The position numbers and the translations under genes were made by a program. A stretch of 64,000 nucleotides of DNA from a virus. Shown in pieces: positions 1 through 8,398 of the stretch (positions are counted from its first letter, which is position 1; the number at the start of each line of letters is the position of its first letter). The DNA lies in the IMG/VR virus record IMGVR_UViG_3300031555_005249. One strand, 5' to 3'. Below the pieces are notes generated by a model. The model did no database searches and was not told the DNA's origin. It worked only from the letters and a program-made list of their open reading frames with translations.

Positions 1-506
1 AGACGTGCCAAAGAATTAGCAATTCTTGCAGTATTCATAAGTTTCTTAAGGTCAGCTGGATCTTGTTTAATAGTATGAATAGCCTGATGCGCCATAGAGC
101 GAATAGCTTGGCGCAAATCATAGCGCGCAACTTTTTCTCTCTCGGCAAGAGGAAATAGCTCTTCCCACATATCTTTATAAAGAGGATTGATAATGCAATA
201 GTCAGTAAACATAATCTCAAGAAAGTTGATATTCTGCTTTTTCCAGTTACTTACCATATGCATAATGGTCATACACTCACATACTTCAAAGTCTTTTCCT
301 TCTTCTGTAAAGATATGAAGATGTTTTACATCATAAGGCTTCAGCGCCAAATGATAAAGGTCAGGAATAACAATGCACTTGGTGTCGACATCAGAATCAG
401 GTGTATTAGTATTATAATTCCAAGAACCGTAAAGAAAGACACCAAGAACTGCTTCCTTACCATAGTATTCAATAGCACGAGAATAGTGCTGGTCTAATCT
501 TGACAT
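1..506 (-). CDS. nucleotidyltransferase-fold protein (partial, runs off window start)
   Basis: Own minus-strand translation from ATG at 506-504 (MSRLDQHYSRAIEYYGKEAVLGVFLYGSWNYNTNTPDSDVDTKCIV...) stays open to position 1. Contains the GS-x(n)-DxD nucleotidyltransferase signature (LYGS...DSDVD). Absent from the ORF track because no stop falls inside the window. Confidence 0.55.
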   Translation of the reverse strand, partial: MSRLDQHYSRAIEYYGKEAVLGVFLYGSWNYNTNTPDSDVDTKCIVIPDLYHLALKPYDVKHLHIFTEEGKDFEVCECMTIMHMVSNWKKQNINFLEIMFTDYCIINPLYKDMWEELFPLAEREKVARYDLRQAIRSMAHQAIHTIKQDPADLKKLMNTARIANSLAR

Positions 507-514
507 TACATCTG

Positions 515-811
515 TCATTCTTGTTCTCTCTTTGTAATAGCTATTGCTTCTTCAAGAGCTGCAATAAGTTGCGGACCAAGTTCGGAGCGTTCTTCCTTTT
601 CATCTATCCTTAGAAATTCAAGAAGATCACCCAAGTCAAATACTTCATAGCAATCAGTGCTAATGATAGTCATATCACTAACATTATCATAGTTTTTATC
701 AACTTTGCCAGCTGCTTCTGCGAAAGATTCTGCGCAAACTATTCCTTGATTTTGACGCGTTTCGCCATCAATAAACCAAGTAACTTTATAAAGCCAAAAA
801 TTATCTGTCAT
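515..811 (-). CDS. hypothetical acidic early protein
   Basis: ORF-track ORF, TGA stop, no internal TAG. Consensus promoter immediately upstream at 848-880. Confidence 0.55.
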   Translation of the reverse strand: MTDNFWLYKVTWFIDGETRQNQGIVCAESFAEAAGKVDKNYDNVSDMTIISTDCYEVFDLGDLLEFLRIDEKEERSELGPQLIAALEEAIAITKREQE

Positions 812-847
812 TTCTTTTTTCTCTCTTTCTTTCTTTTGTGTATATAT

Positions 848-880
848 ATATTATATCATAATTTTTTATAAAAATCAATT
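848..880 (-). promoter_or_regulatory. sigma-70-type promoter, TTGATT-17-TATAAT
   Basis: Read on the minus strand: -35 TTGATT (plus aatcaa at 873-878), 17-nt spacer, -10 TATAAT (plus attata at 850-855). AT-rich upstream tract. Confidence 0.6.
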
Positions 881-894
881 AAGAAAGAGAGTTT

Positions 895-1212
895 TTAATC
901 TTCTTTTTTTAACTGGCTATATCTGTTTACAATATAATCATACAAATCAGAGGCAGTAGGACAAAGTTTCTCAAATTCACCTTCATTAAAAAGCCAATGA
1001 CAAATATAATCTCCACAATCTACGACGTTTTCATCTAATCTTGCCAATCCAAGTGGATCAACTTCATTACTTAGCGCCATCGTGAAAGCATCCATCATAT
1101 TATCAATAACAGTTTCGTTAATGCCAAGAATATCAAATGCTTTTGGCACGTCTCCTGTAAAATACTGTTTGATAGTATCTGCCATCGTTATAAAATTTTT
1201 CTTTTCAATCAT
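895..1212 (-). CDS. hypothetical protein
   Basis: ORF-track ORF with TAA stop. Confidence 0.55.
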   Translation of the reverse strand: MIEKKNFITMADTIKQYFTGDVPKAFDILGINETVIDNMMDAFTMALSNEVDPLGLARLDENVVDCGDYICHWLFNEGEFEKLCPTASDLYDYIVNRYSQLKKED

Positions 1213-1224
1213 TTTTCTTACTCC

Positions 1225-1518
1225 TTATACTATAAAGTTATGCTTTCGCGCTTCAGCATTGAGCCAATTTTTAAACTTACGACAATCGCTTATGTTCTTC
1301 CAACAATAGACGAGTACATTACGTTCTTCATTATATTTAATTCTATCTGGTTTAAACTTTTCGATTATCAGTTTAACATAATCAGCAGGAGAGATACCTA
1401 ACATGCGCGCAGGTACCCACCATTCAAAGCGAACACTTGTTACATCAGAGGTATCATTACAATACCACATTCCATTATTTTCCCACTCAGTATAGCGGAG
1501 TAATTGTGCTTTTGCCAT
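1225..1518 (-). CDS. hypothetical protein
   Basis: ORF-track ORF with TAA stop. RBS upstream. Confidence 0.55.
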   Translation of the reverse strand: MAKAQLLRYTEWENNGMWYCNDTSDVTSVRFEWWVPARMLGISPADYVKLIIEKFKPDRIKYNEERNVLVYCWKNISDCRKFKNWLNAEARKHNFIV

Positions 1519-1601
1519 ATAGTATCTCTCCTTTTAAAAATAAATTACAGACCTAAAGCTTTTAGCAAACCTGCAACCTTTTGTTTTTCCCATTCAGAAA
1601 C

Positions 1602-1853
1602 CTAAACTGGTTCTATACGCTCAGGGGTCGGCGCCGTCATCTTTGGCGCGGGAAAATCTCCAGGCATTGCATTATCTGCGCCGCACGTAACGTTTTCTTT
1701 GGCACACGTTAAAACGCATTTAACTTGTAGTGATTGACCATCTTCAATACCACATATTCTTATCTCCTTGGCATCGTTATATAAAAAACTTCCAGGAAAC
1801 ACCTCTAAAATCTTCGCTTGAATTTCTTTTTTTAACTGTTGTCCTTTTGCCAT
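1602..1853 (-). CDS. hypothetical small early protein (MAKGQQLKKEIQAKILEV...)
   Basis: Internal ATG of ORF 1602..1913 preceded by an AGGAG RBS. The stop is TAG and is followed by 19 in-frame sense codons (VSEWEKQKVAGLLKALGL) before a TAA. Confidence 0.5.
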   Translation of the reverse strand: MAKGQQLKKEIQAKILEVFPGSFLYNDAKEIRICGIEDGQSLQVKCVLTCAKENVTCGADNAMPGDFPAPKMTAPTPERIEPV

Positions 1854-1882
1854 ATTATAATTCTCCTTTATTTTTTGTATAA

Positions 1883-1915
1883 TTATTATATCATATTTTT
1901 TATAAAAAATCAATC
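1883..1915 (-). promoter_or_regulatory. sigma-70-type promoter, TTGATT-17-TATAAT
   Basis: Minus strand: -35 from plus aatcaa at 1908-1913, -10 from plus attata at 1885-1890, spacer 17 nt. Confidence 0.6.
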
Positions 1916-2740
1916 AATATTTTTCCAATGAAGTTTTTCTCCTGTAATAGGATGTTTTCCTGCGCTCTTTTTTCTACCTGCTAAATAATCTAAGATACCT
2001 GTTGAAGTTTTGAGTCCCGCCCATGCAGCTGCTTCTTTTCGAGAAGAAAATATTTCTCCAGTTTCAACACACTAAATCTTTTTACTTTGGCACTCTTTAG
2101 CTCTTTGCTTTTGATAATCAGAAGTAGTTTTTCCATACATTGGATTTTTTTCTCCAAGTTTAGCTTGTCGAATTTTTTCTTTAGCTTCTTCGCTATGTCC
2201 TTTTCCTTGTGTAGGAGTTCCATGTTTAGTAATATAGGCTTTACGAGTTTCACTGATACTTTTTCTCCCCTCTTCTGACATTTCCCAGTGTCTAGTTTCC
2301 CGAGCAACTCTTTGTTTTTCAATATACTCCGGATCCTACCACTTATTTTTCATTAATTGTGACATCTTTTCACGATGAGAATCTTCTTGCCAAAGAGCTT
2401 TAGCATGCTCACTTAGTTTTTGTCTAGTGTCATTTGAAACATTTCTATTTAAACCGCCTGCTTGAATATTATATCCTTTTTCTTTATTAGTTGAATTATA
2501 ATGTTTTATCCAATAAGCTTCTCGTTCATTAGCCTAGTTTAAAGTTAAATTTGTTTCTAAAATAATATGCTCAAACTAGTCCCAGCCATATTTATTAATT
2601 GCGTGAAAAAAATGAGGACAGTTTTCATATCGTTTTCCATTGTCTCCCCAACGATATTCAGGTTTCTAATTTGTCTATCCAATATAAACCTTACCATTAA
2701 CCTTATTTTTGTGCATATAAATACAATAATTATTTGTCAT
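1910..2740 (-). CDS. GIY-YIG homing endonuclease (with NUMOD3-like repeat and C-terminal HTH), TAG-recoded
   Basis: Own minus-strand translation from ATG at 2740-2738 (RBS AAAGGAG): MTNNYCIYMHKNKVNGKVYIG[TAG]TN[TAG]KPEYRWGDNGKRYENCPHFFHAINKYGWD[TAG]FEHIILETNLTLN[TAG]ANEREAYWIKHYNSTNKEKGYNIQAGG...KNKW[TAG]DPEY...GKGHSEEAKEKIRQAKLGEKNPMYGKT...SKKI[TAG]CVETGEIFSSRKEAAAWAG...WKNID then TGA. Six in-frame TAG and no TAA/TGA across 276 codons. GIY-YIG catalytic motif, NUMOD3-like GHSEEAKEKI and an I-TevI-like C-terminal DNA-binding region are all present. ORF-track piece 2072..2281 lies in this frame. Confidence 0.7.
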
Positions 2741-2858
2741 AAATTTTCTCCTTTAATATGTTTATTTAAGCCTTATTGACTTCATTAATATATTATTTTT
2801 GTATTAAATAATTTATATAACTTTAACCTGAATTTTTTCACTATTCAACTACTTTAAA

Positions 2859-3680
2859 TCAATTATTCTTTTTCTTTTTAATGACAAGATTCTTTTGTTT
2901 TAGCTTTTCACTGATATTAAGAACTCGATCACAGATAGAACAATGTTCGCCTTTCATACATTTTCGTCCACAACTTTTACGCAATTGCGCAAACCCTGGT
3001 ACGATGCGACTAGAGTCAAAAGATAAATCAAAATCAAGAATAATTTGATTTAAATCTCCAAGCCAAACTCCTTTTTTATAGATTCTATATAAAATCTCTT
3101 GTCTATTGGTTGGGCCCCAGAATTCAAGAGTCGAAATGCAATCTTCATATTCTACTACATCTTCTGGACGAATAAAGAATTTTTTGAGCGCCGGTCCAGA
3201 TTGAATGCTTCCTTGAGCTACATTTGGAAATGCTCTAATCTGCACCCCATAATTGTCACATACCTTCTTTGCGCGCTTCAGATCAAAGCAAATATCTTCT
3301 GCAAGATAAACTTCCGAAACACCTTGTTCTACAAGATAATGTAGTTGGTCAAAATTGACTACTGTATCTCCAGTAAAATAAGGTATCTCTAAACTTTGTA
3401 TACATTCTACCATCATTTCAGACATTACAGTAAAATATCCTACTTCTTTAAAACATACTGTAAAACCTAGCTCAGGATATTTTTGATGAATTGCATTAAG
3501 TTTTTTCCATTCTTTTGCTTCATAGAAATCTTGAAGATTTGTTATCCTTAAAATAATTTTCTTGTTTGAATACTTTTGCATAAAAGGAACAAGCTCTTTA
3601 TCTTGTCTATCATAAAGAATCGCAATTTCATCAAAGGCATTTAAGTTTATTTTATTGGAAAATAAAGCACAATATTTCAT
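2859..3680 (-). CDS. hypothetical protein with C-terminal Cys cluster (CGRKCMKGEHCSICDR)
   Basis: 273-codon ORF, TGA stop, no internal TAG. C-terminal Cx3Cx5Cx2C putative metal site. Confidence 0.55.
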   Translation of the reverse strand: MKYCALFSNKINLNAFDEIAILYDRQDKELVPFMQKYSNKKIILRITNLQDFYEAKEWKKLNAIHQKYPELGFTVCFKEVGYFTVMSEMMVECIQSLEIPYFTGDTVVNFDQLHYLVEQGVSEVYLAEDICFDLKRAKKVCDNYGVQIRAFPNVAQGSIQSGPALKKFFIRPEDVVEYEDCISTLEFWGPTNRQEILYRIYKKGVWLGDLNQIILDFDLSFDSSRIVPGFAQLRKSCGRKCMKGEHCSICDRVLNISEKLKQKNLVIKKKKNN

Positions 3681-3703
3681 ATTATTAATCTCCTTTTACG
3701 AGT

Positions 3704-3742
3704 AAAAAACAGGCGGCGATAATCAATCCCGCCGCCTGTTTT
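3704..3742 (-). terminator. rho-independent terminator for gene 3777..4166
   Basis: Hairpin AACAGGCGGCG...CGCCGCCTGTT followed on the minus strand by a T-tract. Confidence 0.5.
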
Positions 3743-3776
3743 AAGTCTTAAGTTCAAATATTACGTTCTATTGCTA

Positions 3777-4166
3777 TTACTCAGCATCAGTATCAACGGG
3801 AAGAGTGTAAGCTGTCTTTGTCTTACCATCCTCAGTCTTTACCTTGCACTTTGCAATTGCGCCAGACTCAACAAGGTTGTTAAGCTTAGCCTGAATCTTA
3901 TGAACAGTAAGCTCGCCGCTCTCGTCATTCATTGCAACAAGAATGTCGTCTCTTGTCTGAGGCTCGTTAGTAATTACTGCAAAGACGTTGCCTTGAAGCT
4001 CGTCGCCTTCAGCTCTCTTAGCGGCTGCGCGCTCTCTGTTCTTTGCATTTTTCTTGTCAAGCTTTGCAAGCTCGTTCTCTGCGTACTCTACGAATTCTGC
4101 GTTGTCTGCATAAAGCTCCTTCCACTCGGTGAGCTTCATAGCTGTTGTTCTCTTTGTGTCTGCCAT
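3777..4166 (-). CDS. small early protein, member of a 3-paralog family (with 12369..12779 and 13351..13755)
   Basis: ORF-track ORF with TAA stop. Shares length (~130 aa) and layout with two other early proteins: N-terminal helix, central K/R/A-rich segment, C-terminal KV.T..K.YTL-like motif. Confidence 0.55.
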   Translation of the reverse strand: MADTKRTTAMKLTEWKELYADNAEFVEYAENELAKLDKKNAKNRERAAAKRAEGDELQGNVFAVITNEPQTRDDILVAMNDESGELTVHKIQAKLNNLVESGAIAKCKVKTEDGKTKTAYTLPVDTDAE

Positions 4167-4213
4167 TGTTTTTTTCTCCTTAAAAATTAAATTATTTTTT
4201 TTATTTGGTGTTA

Positions 4214-4246
4214 TTATTATACCAAAAATTTTTTATTTTTTCAACT
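4214..4246 (-). promoter_or_regulatory. sigma-70-type promoter, TTGAAA-17-TATAAT
   Basis: Minus strand: -35 from plus tttcaa at 4239-4244, -10 from plus attata at 4216-4221, spacer 17. Confidence 0.5.
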
Positions 4247-4278
4247 TTGGGTATATTGCCCACGAATAATTTTTATTA

Positions 4279-4539
4279 TTACTCGTTTCTGCTTTTCCCA
4301 TTCTTTACATTTATATTATACCAAAAATTTTTGGATTTTTCAAGTGAAGCCTTTGAACTAACTTTAAATCCTCGTAATACAAGAAATATGAATCCTGTAA
4401 TTAAACAGCTTGTGATAGTACCTAGAACTGCGATCCCTATACCTGCGGCTATTGGCGCAGTAGGAACAGCTATGATACATGCTGCTAGTCCAAGCCAAAA
4501 CATTGCGATAGTTATTAAATAGATAATTGCAACTGCCAT
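4279..4539 (-). CDS. small membrane protein (2 predicted TM helices)
   Basis: ORF-track ORF with strong RBS GGAGG. Hydrophobic N-terminal 60 aa. The C-terminal coding overlaps the tandem promoter region. Confidence 0.45.
   Translation of the reverse strand: MAVAIIYLITIAMFWLGLAACIIAVPTAPIAAGIGIAVLGTITSCLITGFIFLVLRGFKVSSKASLEKSKNFWYNINVKNGKSRNE
4313..4345 (-). promoter_or_regulatory. second (tandem) promoter, TTGAAA-17-TATAAT
   Basis: Same architecture ~100 bp upstream of the previous promoter: plus tttcaa at 4338-4343 and attata at 4315-4320. Confidence 0.45.
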
Positions 4540-4556
4540 TTTTTAACCTCCTTTCT

Positions 4557-5423
4557 TTACCATTCTCTATATCCAGAGTAATCGAAAAGGATTGGCGCCC
4601 CATTAAGATATCCTATATTTGCGGCTCTTAAATCTCCTATTCGATATTCATCAAGGAAGTCATATAGTCTTTTTAGTTCCTCTTGTCCATAACAAGCAAT
4701 AAAATCTGCTACCCATATATCGTTAAAAGCGATAATATCTAGCTCCTGACAAACTTTATCTGATATTTTCTTTTTCTTTTTATAGTCATCACTATTGTAA
4801 TCAATTCCCATTTCATCAAGAGGAATACATCTTTGCTGATAATAAATAGGTGTTTCATCTATCATACCAAGGAAACCTTCTTCAGCGAAATAGGCGCCCA
4901 AACCTGCCTCAAGCGCGTGTTCATAAAGTATAGTTTCCAGCGCGCAATAGTTCCAAGGTTCAATATATTGTTCTTCATCATGAGGCAGTTCGATATCATT
5001 TGCGTATTCAAGATCTGTATACCATATCCTATCTCCTTCATCTGGCTCAGGATATTTGGTATCATAGTCTTTCATTTTTTCGTCCATTTTTTGACGAGCA
5101 AGTTGTATATCACCGTTACATTTGATAAGCATTTGTTGCGCCCATTCTTCATAATAGTCATCTCTTGCTGATTCCCAATCACAATAGGCATCGTCATAAC
5201 TATCCTGCTCAAATACGCAATGAAAAGGAATTTTAATAACATAAGGCTCACCTTTAATAAGCAATACAGCTTTCGATATTCCTCCATCAAGAGAAAATTC
5301 AAAAGGCGGTTGAGCTTCACGTATAGGATCTTCAAGATAAGCCTCTGTATCTTTTAAGTTAAATCCAGAATCAAGTACTGGGATTGTATTTTTTAAGAAA
5401 TTTAGTATTTCTTGTTTTGTCAT
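4557..5423 (-). CDS. hypothetical acidic early protein (288 aa)
   Basis: ORF-track ORF with TAA stop, no TAG, D/E-rich. Promoter at 5461-5493. Confidence 0.55.
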   Translation of the reverse strand: MTKQEILNFLKNTIPVLDSGFNLKDTEAYLEDPIREAQPPFEFSLDGGISKAVLLIKGEPYVIKIPFHCVFEQDSYDDAYCDWESARDDYYEEWAQQMLIKCNGDIQLARQKMDEKMKDYDTKYPEPDEGDRIWYTDLEYANDIELPHDEEQYIEPWNYCALETILYEHALEAGLGAYFAEEGFLGMIDETPIYYQQRCIPLDEMGIDYNSDDYKKKKKISDKVCQELDIIAFNDIWVADFIACYGQEELKRLYDFLDEYRIGDLRAANIGYLNGAPILFDYSGYREW

Positions 5424-5460
5424 TTATATATTTATTTCCTCTCTGATTTTTTCTTATACT

Positions 5461-5493
5461 TAATTATAACATAAATTAAATAAAAAATCAATA
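5461..5493 (-). promoter_or_regulatory. sigma-70-type promoter, TTGATT-17-TATAAT
   Basis: Plus aatcaa at 5486-5491 and attata at 5463-5468, spacer 17. Confidence 0.55.
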
Positions 5494-5524
5494 AAAAACA
5501 GAGCGGCGCGAATGCGTCGCTCTG
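5493..5524 (-). terminator. rho-independent terminator after gene 5563..5781
   Basis: Hairpin CAGAGCG-N12-CGCTCTG with an A-tract on plus, which reads as a T-tract after the hairpin on minus. Confidence 0.5.
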
Positions 5525-5562
5525 AGAGGCGTAAAGTGATTATTCGGCGCCGTCATAAACTG

Positions 5563-5781
5563 TTATCGTTGGTTTATCTTTTTCGATACCTGTTGAATAA
5601 TATATTCCTGTTCTGATTCAAATCCATCATCGAGCAATCCATACTGCTTCATAACCTCGTCAAAAATTTTTTTATCTGCAATATCGACATCATCGTAATA
5701 TAAATCTACAAGATAATTAATTGCTTTTTCAACATTTTCATAATGCTGAGCTATTGCTATATTTAAAGGATTAAAGTTCAT
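5563..5781 (-). CDS. hypothetical small protein
   Basis: ORF-track ORF with TAA stop. Its start overlaps the stop of the upstream gene (ATGAACTTTAA). Confidence 0.5.
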   Translation of the reverse strand: MNFNPLNIAIAQHYENVEKAINYLVDLYYDDVDIADKKIFDEVMKQYGLLDDGFESEQEYIIQQVSKKINQR

Positions 5782-6013
5782 TAGGCGTAACCTCCTCTAT
5801 GGTATAATAACAAGCATCATAGATTTCGTCTGAATTCACGTCGGGAAGTTTAGCAAAAATGACATCTGCGTGCATATCAAGATAAGCTCCAACACACTCT
5901 TCTGCGCAGTATTCCATTTCCTCTTTATTTGTAATATCGACGCGGTCACAGATAAATTCTTCGATAAGTCCATGTAGATAAGAATTTCCAATAGTAACTT
6001 TAATAGCGTTCAT
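5771..6013 (-). CDS. hypothetical small protein (MNAIKVTIGNSYLHG...)
   Basis: Internal ATG of ORF 5771..6058 with a GAGAGGAAA RBS. TAA stop. Confidence 0.5.
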   Translation of the reverse strand: MNAIKVTIGNSYLHGLIEEFICDRVDITNKEEMEYCAEECVGAYLDMHADVIFAKLPDVNSDEIYDACYYTIEEVTPNEL

Positions 6014-6046
6014 TTTATTTCCTCTCTTTTCTTTTTTATTACATAT

Positions 6047-6079
6047 ATATTTTATCATATTTTTTGAAAAAAATCAATT
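6047..6079 (-). promoter_or_regulatory. sigma-70-type promoter (TTGATT-17-TAAAAT, weaker -10)
   Basis: Same sequence family as the other early promoters (atatattttatcatattttttgaaaaaaatcaatta). Confidence 0.4.
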
Positions 6080-6121
6080 AGAAAGCAAAAGGTGGTGATA
6101 ATATAGCAGATAAGAAGTTAA

Positions 6122-6154
6122 ATTTGACTTTATTTTAATTTTATATTATAATTA
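6122..6154 (+). promoter_or_regulatory. plus-strand sigma-70-type promoter, TTGACT-17-TATAAT (divergent from 6047-6079)
   Basis: ttgact at 6124-6129, tataat at 6147-6152, spacer 17. Drives the nested plus-strand gene block. Confidence 0.55.
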
Positions 6155-6187
6155 ATATGAATAAAAGAAATAAAAGGAGAAAGATAC

Positions 6188-6667
6188 GTGGAAATAATTG
6201 GATTAATTATTTTAATAGCTGGATTAATATTTATTGGATTTGACTATGGACGTATGTTAATTAAGAATCGGCGCCTATAGGCAAAATTAGGTGATGATTC
6301 GGCGCCTTACACACCTACAAGGAATATTATGGTAATGGATGAATATTGCCCTTATTTAGTTAAATTAACGACACTATGTATTAAAGCTCATGGAGATGCT
6401 AATATTAAAATTACAAAATATGATAGTAGTCAAGAGAATGTTGGTGTGATTAAAGTGTATTTTGATAATGATGATGAACTATTGGTTTATTAGTATGGTA
6501 AAGCAAAGATTAAAGAGTTAACAAATAGAGAAAAGAAGAATTATGCTAATAAAATTTTTCTTGACTATAAGTTACCAGAGGGTGCGGCCGGCGCAGTAAT
6601 AAAAGATTTAGGATTAATGAATCACATGGTTTATTTCGGCTTTTGTGATGAAAGGAGTGTAAAATGA
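6188..6667 (+). CDS. hypothetical protein with N-terminal TM segment, TAG-recoded (2 in-frame TAG)
   Basis: GTG start after an AAAAGGAGA RBS. Frame stays open across 159 codons with only two TAG codons, no TAA/TGA. Terminal TGA overlaps the ATG of 6664 (ATGA). Confidence 0.4.
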
Positions 6668-7071
6668 GTAATTGGGCAAAAACAGGTGAAGCTTATTTTG
6701 GAGATTCTTTTGATAGAAAAATAACTCTTGGACCTGGGGAATTGAGTTTTAGCGCTAATAATTGCGTGATAGATCAAGATGCTTTATCTTCTATAGTAGG
6801 ATATGATAGTGCTAATACTTATGCAATGGCAACTAGTTATGAAAAGCCAATAAGTATAGGCTACTGTGGAGATATAAGTGCTAAGGCAGATTCTGTTAGC
6901 GCTTTACAAGTGGATATTTCAGCAAGAGTAGATCAGCTTGAAGAGAAGCTTGATACAGTAATGGCGCGCATTGATGAGTTAAAGCAGTCTGTTTCACGTA
7001 CTTCAAGATTGCGTTCGTTATTAAGAACGTTGCATTATAATAGCGAAGTTGAAAGTGGCGCCAACTTTTGA
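6664..7071 (+). CDS. hypothetical protein
   Basis: ORF-track ORF, RBS GAAAGGAG, no TAG. Confidence 0.55.
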   Translation: MSNWAKTGEAYFGDSFDRKITLGPGELSFSANNCVIDQDALSSIVGYDSANTYAMATSYEKPISIGYCGDISAKADSVSALQVDISARVDQLEEKLDTVMARIDELKQSVSRTSRLRSLLRTLHYNSEVESGANF

Positions 7072-7328
7072 TGTAAGCTGCTAAGGGTGCAGATTGGCGC
7101 ATGAACCAACACGATTTTGCTACGATTTTAATTGAACTTGCTTTTGATAAAAGGCGGCATGACAACAGATTGTTGCAAAACTATTAAAGATGATGCGATA
7201 AGGAAAATATAGAAAAGAGTATATCGTCGAAAAATTGGCAAATTAAGGTAGTATTATGGAAAAAATTTTGGACAAAAATAGATACAATTACTACCTTAAT
7301 TTTTATATAATAGTGAAAGGAGTTAGTA

Positions 7329-7526
7329 ATGACTCGTGAAGAAATAATATTTTAGTTAAAGGAGATGCGCGCAAAAGGTTATACGTATAAGTTGATTGCG
7401 AAAGAGGCAAAATTAGATAATCCTGATTAGCTTTATAAGTTTATCAATAGAGATGCTCCTGCTATTTGGGTGAAGCAGCAATTAGAGAACTATTTGCGCC
7501 GAGTAAACGGAAATGGGTCAAATTAA
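7329..7526 (+). CDS. small HTH-like protein, TAG-recoded (2 TAG)
   Basis: RBS AAAGGAG. Translation MTREEIIF[TAG]LKEMRAKGYTYKLIAKEAKLDNPD[TAG]LYKFINRDAPAIWVKQQLENYLRRVNGNGSN, TAA stop. Confidence 0.4.
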
Positions 7527-7551
7527 AGAAAGAGTGATTTACACTCGAAAA

Positions 7552-7689
7552 ATGGCGTACGAATTACGCAAGTTGGGTTTTAAGATTATTAGAGTGATAC
7601 CTGATGAGAAGAAACCTTATTTTGATAATTATGTATTTGAAGATAGTCTTGAGTTACAAGAGGCTATGCGCAAATTATCTTAGGTTTAA
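7552..7689 (+). CDS. small hypothetical protein (1 TAG before TAA)
   Basis: Translation MAYELRKLGFKIIRVIPDEKKPYFDNYVFEDSLELQEAMRKLS[TAG]V then TAA. Weak RBS, so tentative. Confidence 0.3.
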
Positions 7690-7714
7690 AATAAGGAATC
7701 GGAGGTATCGGATA

Positions 7715-8398
7715 ATGATTAAAGAATTTAAGAATAATCCTGTAAGAGATTTTGGTAACGTATATCAGACTATGTTGTCACAGATAAAAAAGAGATATGA
7801 GAAAGATCCTGTACAAGCTGGAGAATTAGCTATTAGTTTTATTGAATATGTATTAACAGGTGATATTAGTAGTGACGATGATATTATTGAAGGCTTTGTT
7901 GAAGGATATAAGGTTACGACTAAAAAGAATCAAGATAAATATGATGCTAAGGTCGCTGCAACAAGAGACGCGCTAAAGCCAATTGCAGATATGTATAATA
8001 GGGGTATGACACAGGCGGCGATTGCGCGTGAGCTAGGTGTTCAGCCGCCCGCTATTTCAAAGAAAATGTCTACCATTCGTACACAGTTTCCAGAGTTGTT
8101 AGATAATGAAGGAAAATTAAAGAAAGTTTCCGAAAATTCTGGAAATAATGGAAAGTTTCCAAAAAATGAGGAAAGTATAGAAAAAGTTTCTGAAAATTCT
8201 GGAAATATTAAGAAAGAAGAAGAAAGTTTAGAAACGTTTCCAAGTTTCCAAAGTTTCCACAATAATAATAACTATAATAACAATAATAACTAGAATAATA
8301 ATAATGAAGTTTCCATTTCGCCTCGCGGCGAGTCAGGGCTTCGCCCCGACACCCCTGCGGCTTCGCCGATAAAGAAGATTGGAGGGTTTGAGTTTTGA
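7715..8398 (+). CDS. HTH DNA-binding protein (sigma-region-4-like motif GMTQAAIARELGVQPPAISKKM) with repeat-rich C-terminus; 1 in-frame TAG
   Basis: RBS GGAGGT. Internal ATG of ORF 7604..8293, continuing through the TAG at 8291 to a TGA at 8396-8398. Contains GTTTCC iteron-like repeats at the DNA level (see repeat feature). Confidence 0.5.
8120..8260. repeat. iteron-like array, 6 copies of GTTTCC(A/T) followed by an AT-rich AATAATAAC tract
   Basis: GTTTCC at about 8126, 8155, 8186 (GTTTCT), 8236, 8244 and 8253. The last three are tandem with ~8.5-bp periodicity. The AT-rich low-complexity stretch spans 8261-8310. Confidence 0.4.

Noticed and set aside
258-497. Plus-strand ORF 258..497 and minus ORF 35..220 from the six-frame track
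   Set aside because: Both overlap a much better minus-strand frame (nucleotidyltransferase-fold protein, 1..506) that is open across the whole region. Their translations are low-complexity.
8120-8260. CRISPR array
   Set aside because: Repeats are 6-7 nt, irregularly spaced and inside a coding region. No CRISPR-like repeat-spacer structure exists anywhere in the window.
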